A stretch of DNA of 64,000 nt, taken from the NCBI GenBank assembly GCA_963806855.1, contig CAWDYW010000003.1, positions 542,129 to 606,128 on the forward strand. Reading direction: 5' to 3'. This document shows, one piece after another, positions 33,854 to 42,612 of the stretch. Below the pieces are notes generated by a model, which searched no databases, was not told the DNA's origin, and saw only the letters and a list, made by a program, of their open reading frames with translations. Origin of the DNA: an uncultured Verrucomicrobiae bacterium (GTDB lineage Bacteria > Chlamydiota > Chlamydiia > Chlamydiales > Rhabdochlamydiaceae). A program made the translations under genes and the position numbers. Numbering within the stretch: the stretch's first letter is position 1; every line of letters begins with the position of its first letter.

Positions 33854-35359
33854 ATGGAAAAAATAATAGACGACACCCTTTCTAAACCTGAACAGAAATT
33901 GCGCTCTGCACTCGACAGCATGCGCCAAATTCTCTCATCTGAGAGCACCCCGATCTTTAAAGATTTTTGGGAAGCAAAACGCGTTTGTCTTGAGCTTTTT
34001 AAGGAAAAGATACCTCCTCATGTCCGGACCCTTTATTGGAACGAATATGTTGAGCTCTCTGATGCGATCCGGTCAGTGAAGGCTCTTTTGGATGAGCAAT
34101 CCTCCTTTGCTGAAGAGCAAATCGATTTAGCAGTCGGCGCGGTCGAGAAAGATCTAGAGAATTCTGAATCGACTTTGAATGAAATGGGCGGAATTGAACT
34201 GCCTGCGGAATCGAAGTTTTTGCAACAAAATGGTGCCAAATATATTCGTCTGCAGAAAGAACTCGACCTCTATAACACATTTGCCGGCCGGTTAAACGGA
34301 TTGCGCAAAGAGCTGATGCAGACCGAGATGAGAATTCGCAACAAGAATAAGCTCTTCCAGAAACTGAGCAAACTCGGCGATTTGGTGTTCCCGAAGCGAA
34401 AAGAGGGGATTAAAGTCCTATCAGACCTTTTTGTCGCCGATGTTGAGCGGTTTGTTGCAGGATTTAACTCTGCCAAAGGCCCCTACTTTAATTTGAAAGA
34501 TGAGATCAAGGCGCTCCAAAAATTTGCCAAGCAACTTACGCTTGGGACAGCGGCATTCAATCAGACTCGTGAAAACTTAAGCAGCTGCTGGGATCAGATT
34601 AAGGACAAAGAGGCGCTTCATCGGGAGCAGCGGGCTGAGGAAAAGGAACGGTTTAAGCAGAACTTTGTGGAATTTGCCCCCAAAATCGAGACATTTAAAG
34701 GGGAGTGTGCCGAATTTAAGCTTTCTTCTTCTGGAGCCGATGCGAAGATCGAAGAGCTGGTCGCAGAGATGAAAGCGCTTGGGTTTGGCAATGATGAGAT
34801 CAAAGGGATAAAGAAACAGCTATTCGAAGCGAAAAAAGTCCTCGAAGAGAAAGAAAAGGAAGATCGGAAAAAAGCAGCTGTTGCAGAAGAGTTTGAGAAG
34901 CAGCGACAAGCCAAGACCTATTTGAACCTGCTCGATTCGATTCAAGAAGTGCTCGATCAAGCCGATGCCCTGCCGCTGAATACCCTTGTCGAAAAATGGG
35001 AAGCTTTCTTAAAAGAAGAAAAGACCCTGAAGGTTTCGGGGATGGAGCGAGCGGTGCTTGAAAATCGTCTTGGAAGCATTGCCGACTCTATACAGGAAAA
35101 GAAATGGAAGAGTGCGCTTGAGGGTAGCCCTGAAGAGCTGGTCTCTTCCTTGAATGTGCTTTTAAGCGAGAGGCATAAAGAGAAGCGGAAGTTAAAAGAA
35201 GCGCTAGAGGCCCATCGAAAAATCGTCGGGGGCTCGGGCCTTAGCTTTGAACAATCTCTGCAGTATCAAGAGCTTCTCAGAGAAGAAAAAATACGCCTCG
35301 ATACCATTGAGACAATGGTGGAAGAAATCGAGGAAAAACTATTTGATTTAGAGGGTTAG
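33854..35359 (+). CDS. hypothetical coiled-coil protein (Glu/Lys-rich)
   Basis: 501 aa with long heptad-like E/K/L-rich stretches and no catalytic motifs. Confidence 0.55.
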   Translation: MEKIIDDTLSKPEQKLRSALDSMRQILSSESTPIFKDFWEAKRVCLELFKEKIPPHVRTLYWNEYVELSDAIRSVKALLDEQSSFAEEQIDLAVGAVEKDLENSESTLNEMGGIELPAESKFLQQNGAKYIRLQKELDLYNTFAGRLNGLRKELMQTEMRIRNKNKLFQKLSKLGDLVFPKRKEGIKVLSDLFVADVERFVAGFNSAKGPYFNLKDEIKALQKFAKQLTLGTAAFNQTRENLSSCWDQIKDKEALHREQRAEEKERFKQNFVEFAPKIETFKGECAEFKLSSSGADAKIEELVAEMKALGFGNDEIKGIKKQLFEAKKVLEEKEKEDRKKAAVAEEFEKQRQAKTYLNLLDSIQEVLDQADALPLNTLVEKWEAFLKEEKTLKVSGMERAVLENRLGSIADSIQEKKWKSALEGSPEELVSSLNVLLSERHKEKRKLKEALEAHRKIVGGSGLSFEQSLQYQELLREEKIRLDTIETMVEEIEEKLFDLEG

Positions 35360-36000
35360 TGGAACTCAGTGCATTTGATTTAGATCACACGTTAATCCAG
35401 GGAAATGCCGGATCCCATTTTTGCCGTTTTCTCTATCGGCATAAGGCACTCCCATTTTCGGTTCTCATTCACTCGGTGATTTATAAAATTCGACACCGTT
35501 TTTTTGGGATGTCGCTCTCAGAGCTTCACCACAGCATTTTTAATAAAATTCTCAGAGGGAAACCTTTTGAGCAACTCGAAAAATATATCGATAAATTTGT
35601 CCACGAAATGGTCAACCGCTCGCTTTATCTTCCTGCATTTGCTAGGCTGAAAAGAGCCCAGCAGCTCGGCCACTACACGATGATCCTATCCAATTCCCCC
35701 AGCTTTTTAGTGGGCCGTTTTGCCAAAGCCCTCGGAGTCAACGCCTATTATGCAACCGAATATGGCCTCGATGAGCGAAATTGCTTCGCCAAGATCAAGC
35801 GGATCCTCGAAGGAAAAGATAAGGCAAAGCACATCCTCAAAATCGCCAAAAAATTGGGGATCTTCCTTGAGCAAATCACAGCCTATTCCGATAGCGTCCT
35901 CGATTTAGAATTTCTACAAGTCGCCGGTAAACCCATTGCCGTCAACCCCGATAAAAAGCTGAGAGCGATTTCGATCAAAAATCAGTGGAGCATTATTTGA
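35359..36000 (+). CDS. HAD-IB family hydrolase
   Basis: 213 aa with a GTG start. Motif I FDLDHTL, motif II ILSNS, and a distal K...YSDS motif. Confidence 0.75.
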   Translation: MELSAFDLDHTLIQGNAGSHFCRFLYRHKALPFSVLIHSVIYKIRHRFFGMSLSELHHSIFNKILRGKPFEQLEKYIDKFVHEMVNRSLYLPAFARLKRAQQLGHYTMILSNSPSFLVGRFAKALGVNAYYATEYGLDERNCFAKIKRILEGKDKAKHILKIAKKLGIFLEQITAYSDSVLDLEFLQVAGKPIAVNPDKKLRAISIKNQWSII

Positions 36001-36584
36001 AACATTGGGGTTTTTTTGGTGGGACATTCGATCCTATCCATTTTGGACACCTCAATCTCGCTATTAACCTTCTTGAAATCCATAACCTCGATCATATCTT
36101 CTTTTCGCCGGCCAATTTTTCTCCAACGAAAGAGGAGAGCCTGCCGACAGCCACCGCCAAAGAGCGGTTAGAGATGACAAAGCTGGCGCTCGAAGGGATG
36201 CCCAATTGCTCCCTCCTCCATTTAGAGCTGGATCGAGAGGGCCCCTCTTATACAATCGACACGATAAAAGAGCTGCTCCGCCTACATTCAGGCGTCCAAT
36301 TTCACCTGATCCTCGGAGAAGATGTTTTAGAGGGATTGCCAAGATGGAAACAGGTCGAAGAGCTGCTGACACTCGCCCCCCCCTTCACCGGGACTCGTCC
36401 GGGGGCAAAATTGCCCGAGCTTCCCCTTCCGATCCGCAAATGGGTCGACCAGGGGAAAACCGATATTCCCTCTATGGAGATCAGCAGCACCGAACTTCGG
36501 CAAAGACTGATTCAAAAAAAATATTGCGGCCATCTAATTCCTGCCAAAGTTCTCGACTACATTCATGCTCATAGGTTATACTGA
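35985..36584 (+). CDS. nadD: nicotinate-nucleotide adenylyltransferase
   Basis: FFGGTFDPIHFGHL (the HxGH nucleotidyltransferase motif) and a C-terminal ISSTELRQR motif. Confidence 0.9.
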   Translation: MEHYLKHWGFFGGTFDPIHFGHLNLAINLLEIHNLDHIFFSPANFSPTKEESLPTATAKERLEMTKLALEGMPNCSLLHLELDREGPSYTIDTIKELLRLHSGVQFHLILGEDVLEGLPRWKQVEELLTLAPPFTGTRPGAKLPELPLPIRKWVDQGKTDIPSMEISSTELRQRLIQKKYCGHLIPAKVLDYIHAHRLY

Positions 36585-36590
36585 TCGTTT

Positions 36591-36947
36591 ATGTCAGAAA
36601 ATCAAACTAAATTTTTAACAACTGTTGCCCAAACCATTTATGATAAAAAGGGGATGAACATCCTCGCCATCGATGTGCGCGGGATCTCAAGCCTCACCGA
36701 TTACGTCCTCATCGCCGAGGGGAGTGTCGATCGGCATGTGACCGCTATTGGCCACGCCGTGATCGATGCCCTAAAAAAAGAGGGGGAAAGGCCCTTCCAA
36801 GTCGAAGGGCTGGAGAGCGGAGATTGGGTGGTCATCGATTATCTCCAATACATGGTCCATATCTTTATGCCTGGCTTACGTGAAAAGTACCGTCTCGAAG
36901 AGCTTTTCCGGGATGGGAAAATTATCGATCTTCAAATAAAAATTTGA
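36591..36947 (+). CDS. rsfS: ribosome silencing factor RsfS
   Basis: 118 aa. DYVLIAEGSVDRHV and GDWVVIDYLQYMVHIF. It lies directly after nadD, which is the conserved pairing. Confidence 0.9.
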   Translation: MSENQTKFLTTVAQTIYDKKGMNILAIDVRGISSLTDYVLIAEGSVDRHVTAIGHAVIDALKKEGERPFQVEGLESGDWVVIDYLQYMVHIFMPGLREKYRLEELFRDGKIIDLQIKI

Positions 36948-36961
36948 AAAAACTTGAAACT

Positions 36962-36990
36962 TTGCATTTTTTTGGAAAATAGGCTATAAT
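36962..36990 (+). promoter_or_regulatory. candidate sigma-70-type promoter TTGCAT-17nt-TATAAT upstream of fabF
   Basis: TTGCAT (36962-36967), a 17-nt spacer, then TATAAT (36985-36990). The fabF ATG starts only 10 nt after the -10 element, with no Shine-Dalgarno sequence. Confidence 0.35.
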
Positions 36991-36999
36991 GGTGTCCCT

Positions 37000-38250
37000 A
37001 TGGATAAAAAGAAACGTATTGTTGTTACTGGTATGGGACTCGTCTCATGCTTTGGTTCTGATCTAGACCGCTTCTATCAGTGTTTACTGGAAGGCAAGAG
37101 CGGGATCCGCCCCATTGATACCTTCCCAGTAGAGGAGTACCCTACCCGTTTTGCCGGTTTGGTCACTGACTTCAGTGTCGACGAATATATGGACAAGAAG
37201 CAGGCGCGCCGCGTCGATCCCTATGTCCAATACACGATGGTTGCAGGCAAGCGAGCCCTGGAGCATGCGGGCCTAAAGTCTCTAGATAAACTCGATAAAA
37301 ATAAATGTGGAATTCTGATCGGCTCTGGAATGGGCGGGATGTCGGTCTTTTACGACGGTGTTCAAACAGTTCTAGAAAAGGGATTTAAACGGCTGACTCC
37401 CTTCTTCGTCCCTTATATCATCACCAATATGGGGGGAGCTCTCCTCGCAATTGACACCGGGTTCATGGGGCCCAATTATTCTGTCTCGACTGCCTGCGCG
37501 ACGGCGAACTATTCGATCTATTTAGCCGCAGAGCATATCCGAAAAGGAGTAGCAGATCTGATGGTTTGCGGCGGTTCGGAAGCGGCGGTCATTCCGATCG
37601 GCCTTTCGGGGTTTGTCGCTATTAAAGCCCTCTCGACACGCAACGATGCTCCAGAAAAAGCTTCCCGACCTTGGGACAAAAACCGCGATGGGTTTGTCAT
37701 GGGAGAAGGGGCCGGAGTGCTCGTCCTCGAAAGCCTCGAGCATGCCCTTGCACGCGGAGCGACAATCCTCGCCGAGTATCTCGGTGGAGCGATCTCTTGC
37801 GATGCTTATCATATGACCGATCCTCCTCAAGATGGAAGAGGCGTGAGCCTCAGCATCGAAGAGGCGCTGAAAGATGCCGGAATCCCCAAAGAGCGGGTCA
37901 ATTACATCAATGCTCATGCGACCTCGACGGTTGCTGGCGATGCTGCCGAGGCGACGGCGATCAAAGCGGCATTTAAAGAGCATGCGCCCAAGATCAAGAT
38001 CAATGCGACCAAATCGATGATCGGCCATTGCCTCGGTGCTGCAGCTGGTATTGAAGCAGTCGCCATGATCCAACAGATCCGCAATGGTAAACTCCATCCA
38101 ACAATCAACCTGGAAGATCCTGAAGATTTTATCCAAGATCTCGATGTGGTGCGCCAAGCCGAAGATCATCAAATCGATGTCGCCTTGTCCAATTCATTTG
38201 GATTTGGCGGTCATAATTCCGCTGTCCTCTTCGCTCCTTACCGCCCATGA
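37000..38250 (+). CDS. fabF: beta-ketoacyl-ACP synthase II
   Basis: 416 aa. RIVVTGMGLVS, active-site Cys in VSTACATANYS, and NAHATST and GHCLGAAG His motifs. Confidence 0.95.
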   Translation: MDKKKRIVVTGMGLVSCFGSDLDRFYQCLLEGKSGIRPIDTFPVEEYPTRFAGLVTDFSVDEYMDKKQARRVDPYVQYTMVAGKRALEHAGLKSLDKLDKNKCGILIGSGMGGMSVFYDGVQTVLEKGFKRLTPFFVPYIITNMGGALLAIDTGFMGPNYSVSTACATANYSIYLAAEHIRKGVADLMVCGGSEAAVIPIGLSGFVAIKALSTRNDAPEKASRPWDKNRDGFVMGEGAGVLVLESLEHALARGATILAEYLGGAISCDAYHMTDPPQDGRGVSLSIEEALKDAGIPKERVNYINAHATSTVAGDAAEATAIKAAFKEHAPKIKINATKSMIGHCLGAAAGIEAVAMIQQIRNGKLHPTINLEDPEDFIQDLDVVRQAEDHQIDVALSNSFGFGGHNSAVLFAPYRP

Positions 38251-38663
38251 TAGAAGAATCTTTTGGCATTATCCCACTTCAACCAACCCCAGATGGATGG
38301 CGGGTCTTTCTCATTCAGCATAAGGGTGCGAAGCATTGGGGCTTTCCCAAAGGAAAAAGCAATATCGGGGAAATTCCCCTTGAAAGCGCCGCTCGTGAAC
38401 TTTTCGAAGAGACCGGCCTTCACGTCGAAGAGATCTTGCAAGAAGAGCCCTATGTCGAAGAATATACCTTTATTCGGCGCGGAAAGCATGTGAGAAAAAA
38501 AGTGCTCTATTTTCCAGCTACTGTTTTGGGTGAGCTAAAACTCCAAGAAAATGAGGTTATGGATGGCAAGTGGGTCCCTTTAATCAATGCCGAAAGGCAT
38601 CTAACTTTTGAAGAGTCAAAGAAGATTTGTAAAAAACTGGTTTTTTTTCTATCGAAAGACTAA
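38247..38663 (+). CDS. NUDIX hydrolase
   Basis: 138 aa. Nudix box GKSNIGEIPLESAARELFEETGL. Confidence 0.85.
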   Translation: MIEESFGIIPLQPTPDGWRVFLIQHKGAKHWGFPKGKSNIGEIPLESAARELFEETGLHVEEILQEEPYVEEYTFIRRGKHVRKKVLYFPATVLGELKLQENEVMDGKWVPLINAERHLTFEESKKICKKLVFFLSKD

Positions 38664-38689
38664 GATGGTTCTGAAAAGGGGGTCCTTCT

Positions 38690-39238
38690 ATGGGTTATGC
38701 ACAAACCAGCTTAGTACAAGATCAAAGTTTTTTGAGAAATCTTTTCATCGTACTTGCGACGAGTGTTCTTTTTGGGCTTGTTGCTTGGATTTCGATTCCT
38801 CTGCCATTTACTCCTATTCCGATTGCTTTCACTGGGCAGTTAATTCTTCTAGCCTCGGTTCTCCTAGGTAAGAGGGGAGCCTACGCCACATTTGCCTACC
38901 TTGCACAAGGGGCGATGGGCCTTCCTGTTTTTTCTAACGGTACGGGCGGAATCGGTTGTTTCCTCGGACCTAAAGGCGGTTACCTGATCGGTTTTGCCGT
39001 AGCCTCCTATGCCGTCGCCCTATTCAGCGAAAGAATGAAAGAGAAGAGCTCTAGCAAAACCTTTGGATTGATGCTCGTTGGAAATGCGTTGTTTTATGTC
39101 TTCGGCCTACCTCATCTCGCCTTGATCGTAGGGGCTGAAAATGCGCTCCTATTCGGACTTTATCCCTTCATCGCGACAGATATCCTCAAGTTGATCTTGG
39201 CCCAAAGAGCCTTGAAAGCCTTGAAGTATTTTGGGTAA
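38690..39238 (+). CDS. bioY: biotin transporter BioY
   Basis: 182 aa and polytopic. TPIPIAFTGQ, GPKGGYLIGF and a C-terminal DILKL motif, typical of BioY. Confidence 0.8.
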   Translation: MGYAQTSLVQDQSFLRNLFIVLATSVLFGLVAWISIPLPFTPIPIAFTGQLILLASVLLGKRGAYATFAYLAQGAMGLPVFSNGTGGIGCFLGPKGGYLIGFAVASYAVALFSERMKEKSSSKTFGLMLVGNALFYVFGLPHLALIVGAENALLFGLYPFIATDILKLILAQRALKALKYFG

Positions 39239-39239
39239 A

Positions 39240-39296
39240 TATACCCCGACTCGCCCAAACGTGTGAATGTGGACCGCGCCAAAGCCTCGGGGTATA
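39240..39296. repeat. 57-bp hairpin related to one half of palindrome P3 (P5)
   Basis: TATACCCCGACTCGCCCAAACGTGTGAATGTGGACCGCGCCAAAGCCTCGGGGTATA aligns with 30442-30496 of P3. The GGACCGCGCCAAAGCCTCGGGG block is identical, and the ends pair with each other. Confidence 0.8.
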
Positions 39297-39297
39297 A

Positions 39298-39334
39298 GCG
39301 CAAAGACGCAAAACTAGATTTTTTGCGTCTTGGC
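39298..39334. repeat. short hairpin built from the ACGCAAAG-type repeat
   Basis: GCGCAAAGACGCAAAA-CTAGAT-TTTTGCGTCTTGGC. The arms belong to the same octamer family as 13220, 24271 and 46639. It overlaps the 3' end of the 81-aa ORF. Confidence 0.7.
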
Positions 39335-39559
39335 TTTCGGAGTCCCTTTAAAGACTATGCCGGCTTTCCTATCTTCAGCAGGATTGACAGACCCTTTTGT
39401 ATACCCTTCAATTTTTGCTCCGCCGCGAGCTAGGACCGCTCTTTGTACTACAGCTTTCGTGTCATTGACATTGGTTTTCAATTCGGGTGAGATTCTTTTG
39501 CTTGGCTCGGGGCCTCTTGCTTCTGAACCTCTTCCTGGTGTTACTCCTCGAATTCCCAT
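39314..39559 (-). CDS. hypothetical small protein (81 aa)
   Basis: An ORF with no recognised motif. Its last residues (KAKTQKI) are encoded by the octamer-repeat hairpin. Coding status is uncertain. Confidence 0.35.
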   Translation of the reverse strand: MGIRGVTPGRGSEARGPEPSKRISPELKTNVNDTKAVVQRAVLARGGAKIEGYTKGSVNPAEDRKAGIVFKGTPKAKTQKI

Positions 39560-39645
39560 AGTGCATCTCCTTGTGATGTGCTAATAAACCTGATCATCAA
39601 TATCAGGATATTTTTATACAATCAAAAAATTTACTTTATGAAAAA

Positions 39646-39837
39646 TTAATGTTTCTTCTTTCCCTTTTTGCTTTCTGAACGTAGTAGAAGGGCAATTTGT
39701 TCAATTCGATTGCCGATACTGAGGCTTGTTTTTTTTCCTTTCTCTTTTGTGTGCTGGGTAGCCGTGCGGAGCATCTGAGCGGTTTGCTCGACCATCGCAC
39801 TTAGTGAAAAGGGCTTTCTCTTTTTTGATTTTGTCAT
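39646..39837 (-). CDS. hypothetical small basic protein (63 aa), possibly Hc1-like
   Basis: Lys-rich termini (MTKSKKRK..., ...KKGKKKH) flank a predicted helical core. The resemblance to the chlamydial histone-like Hc1 N-domain is weak and from memory only. Confidence 0.4.
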   Translation of the reverse strand: MTKSKKRKPFSLSAMVEQTAQMLRTATQHTKEKGKKTSLSIGNRIEQIALLLRSESKKGKKKH

Positions 39838-39896
39838 ATCTCTTTCACTTATTCTGTTATAGAAAATAAGTCAAATCATGAGGTAAAATTAGGGGT

Positions 39897-42548
39897 ATGA
39901 AAGACTTGTATTTATACCCCCTCTATTGGTTCACCCGTTTTATTTTTTGGCTCCGTTATCGAATTGAAGTTGTAGGACTCGATAAAATTGTAGAGTCGAA
40001 GAAGAAGGGAATCTTATTTTTGCCCAATCACCCTGCATTAATTGATCCGGTGATGGTCCTTTTTGTGCTTTGGCCAAAGTTTCGACCAAGACCACTGGCT
40101 CTAGAAGAATATTATCAGAGCTTTAAAAGGTTGCTCGACGCTGTCCATGTGGTCGCTATCCCTTCGATGGATACGACGAATAGATGGAAGGCTCTCCAGA
40201 TTGAAAAAGCTAAGCTTAAGATTGCTGACGCTTTAGAGGCCGGGGATAACTTTATGATTTATCCCTCAGGGCGTCTAAAGCGAGAGGCTGAGGAGCGGAT
40301 CGGGGGCGCCTCATTTGTCTTCGATCTTTTACGGATGAGACCCGATAATAACGTTGTACTGGTCCGAACTACGGGGCTTTGGGGCAGCTCGTTTTCCTGC
40401 GCTCCTTCTAAGGAAAGTCCTAGCTTGGAAAAGATGCTTTTTGAAGGGGCTAAGGCTCTGCTCAAAAATGGGATCTTTTTTGCCCCTCGCCGCAAGGTGA
40501 CGATCGAGCTGGAGTTGGCACCAGAGAGTTTCCCTCGAGGCGACAATAAGATGGCTCTCAATAATTGGCTTGAAGATTGGTACAACAAAAATGGGCCTGA
40601 GAAAGAGGTCTATCTTTCTTCTCTTTTTTGGAAACAACAACTGCCCGAGATTAAAGAGGTAAAAGAGGTAAGAGTAAGCCCCATTTCGACGAATGAAAAA
40701 AAGAGACAAGACATTTTAAACTTTTTAGCCGAAAAAACCAATCGACAAGCCTCCGATCTAAAACCAAATATGCACCTTTCGAACGATCTGGGGCTTGATT
40801 CACTCGACATTGGGCAGCTCAATGTCTTCTTAGAAGAACGATTCGATATTACCCCTCCGGAACAGGGACAGCTCCAGACGATAAATGATCTTTTCATCGC
40901 GGCTGAAGGGAAAAAAGAGGAGGAGGTCCAGGGCGCATTAGAGAAAAAATCGAGATGGCCTGAAGAGAACGGGCGCTTAAACTCTCAAATCCCAGATGGG
41001 ACGACGATCCAAGAGGTGTTTTTAAAGTCATGCGACCGGATGAAGGGAGCAGTTGCTTGCGGAGATAGAGTATCGGGGGTTCTGACCTACAAGAGACTCA
41101 AGATGGGAGCGCTGATTCTCTCGATGAAGATCAAGGAGCTGCCCGGTGACAAAATTGGGATTTTGCTTCCCTCATCGGTAGGGGCGTATCTCTCGATTCT
41201 GGCGACGCTGCTCGCAGGCAAAACTCCGGTGATGCTCAACTGGACGACCGGTTTTAAAAATCTCGAATACGCAGTCGAACTTTGCGGGATTAAGACGATC
41301 CTGAGCTCCTATAAGTTTTTAAGCAGAGCTGACAATGTCGATTTGGGCAAGACAGCCGATTTGCTCGTCCTCTTGGAGGAGCTGCGTACAAAGATTTCGC
41401 TTAGAGAAAAGCTGATGGGGCTTTTGTGGAGTTTTCAGTCGGCGGCTAAGCTATTGAAGAAGCTCAATCTTAAAACAAAGGAAGAGGATCCAGGTGTGAT
41501 CATCTTCACAAGCGGAACGGAGACATTGCCAAAAGGGGTACCCTTAAGCCATCGGAATCTGTTATCGAATCAAAGAGCGGCTCTTGAGCGGGTCGAGGTC
41601 ACACCAGATGATGTATTCTATGCGGTTCTTCCTCCCTTCCATTCCTTTGGTTTTTCTGTCACAGGGATGTTGACGTTGCTGGCCGGGATCAAAACCTGTT
41701 ATGCTCCCGATCCTACCAAAAGCCGCTCCATGGCAAGCGATATCTCCGAGTGGAGGGCGACGATTTTTTGCTGTGCACCTAGCTTTATCAAGGCCGTTTT
41801 GCATGTTGCCAAAGATGAGCAGTTAAAAAGCTTGCGCCTCGTTGTCTCAGGAGCAGAGAGGGCGCCGCAAGAGCTTTTCGATAACGTGCGAAAAAGAGGA
41901 ATGGTTCCATTAGAAGGGTATGGAATTTCTGAGTGCAGCCCCGTTGTGACGACCGATATCATCGGGAAACCGCATAAAGGGGTCGGCTATCCGATCACTC
42001 AAGTGGAGCTATGCGTCATCAACCCTGAAAATGGGACTCGATTGCCGCAAGGCCAAGAGGGGGAGATTTGCATTAGCGGGCCAAACGTTTTCAATGGCTA
42101 CTTAGGCATCAAAAAAGATCCCTTTATCACAATAGAGGGGAAGCGATGGTACCGTTCAGGAGACCGGGGATATCTAGAATCCGATGGGGCGCTGATTTTG
42201 ACCGGCAGAATGACTCGCTTTTTCAAAGTTGGCGGAGAAATGGTCAGCCTTGGCGGACTGGAACAGGATCTGCTCGAGATCTGTCATCAGAAAGGCTGGC
42301 TGCCCAGAGCAGCTGAATTGCCGCAACTCGCCGCCGCTGTGAAAGATCGAGAAGGGGAAAAACCGCTTATTGTCCTATTTGCAATCGCTGAGCTCAATCG
42401 AGATGAGCTCAATCGGGCTCTCAGGGATTTGGGACACGGCGCCATTGTGAAGGTTTCTGAAGTGCGCAAGATCGATGCCATTCCTGTGACGGCGACAGGG
42501 AAAGTGCAATACCATGCTTTGGATGAGATGATCAAAAATGGGCCTTAG
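39897..42548 (+). CDS. aas: bifunctional acyltransferase / acyl-ACP synthetase (Aas-like) with embedded carrier domain
   Basis: 883 aa. PlsC motif LPNHPALIDP, phosphopantetheine site DLGLDSLDIGQL, and AMP-binding motifs IIFTSGTETLPKGV, GYGISE and TGKVQY. Confidence 0.85.
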   Translation: MKDLYLYPLYWFTRFIFWLRYRIEVVGLDKIVESKKKGILFLPNHPALIDPVMVLFVLWPKFRPRPLALEEYYQSFKRLLDAVHVVAIPSMDTTNRWKALQIEKAKLKIADALEAGDNFMIYPSGRLKREAEERIGGASFVFDLLRMRPDNNVVLVRTTGLWGSSFSCAPSKESPSLEKMLFEGAKALLKNGIFFAPRRKVTIELELAPESFPRGDNKMALNNWLEDWYNKNGPEKEVYLSSLFWKQQLPEIKEVKEVRVSPISTNEKKRQDILNFLAEKTNRQASDLKPNMHLSNDLGLDSLDIGQLNVFLEERFDITPPEQGQLQTINDLFIAAEGKKEEEVQGALEKKSRWPEENGRLNSQIPDGTTIQEVFLKSCDRMKGAVACGDRVSGVLTYKRLKMGALILSMKIKELPGDKIGILLPSSVGAYLSILATLLAGKTPVMLNWTTGFKNLEYAVELCGIKTILSSYKFLSRADNVDLGKTADLLVLLEELRTKISLREKLMGLLWSFQSAAKLLKKLNLKTKEEDPGVIIFTSGTETLPKGVPLSHRNLLSNQRAALERVEVTPDDVFYAVLPPFHSFGFSVTGMLTLLAGIKTCYAPDPTKSRSMASDISEWRATIFCCAPSFIKAVLHVAKDEQLKSLRLVVSGAERAPQELFDNVRKRGMVPLEGYGISECSPVVTTDIIGKPHKGVGYPITQVELCVINPENGTRLPQGQEGEICISGPNVFNGYLGIKKDPFITIEGKRWYRSGDRGYLESDGALILTGRMTRFFKVGGEMVSLGGLEQDLLEICHQKGWLPRAAELPQLAAAVKDREGEKPLIVLFAIAELNRDELNRALRDLGHGAIVKVSEVRKIDAIPVTATGKVQYHALDEMIKNGP

Positions 42549-42549
42549 G

Positions 42550-42612
42550 CACAAAATCGATCAGATTCCCTTGACTGGGACGGGCAAAGTTCAGTATCGT
42601 ATATTGGATGAG
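42550..42612 (+). pseudogene. orphan copy of an adenylate-forming-enzyme C-terminal motif
   Basis: It translates to HKIDQIPLTGTGKVQYRILDE, compared with the aas tail RKIDAIPVTATGKVQYHALDE. It starts 2 nt after the aas stop, is out of frame, and overlaps the cysS ATG. Confidence 0.6.
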
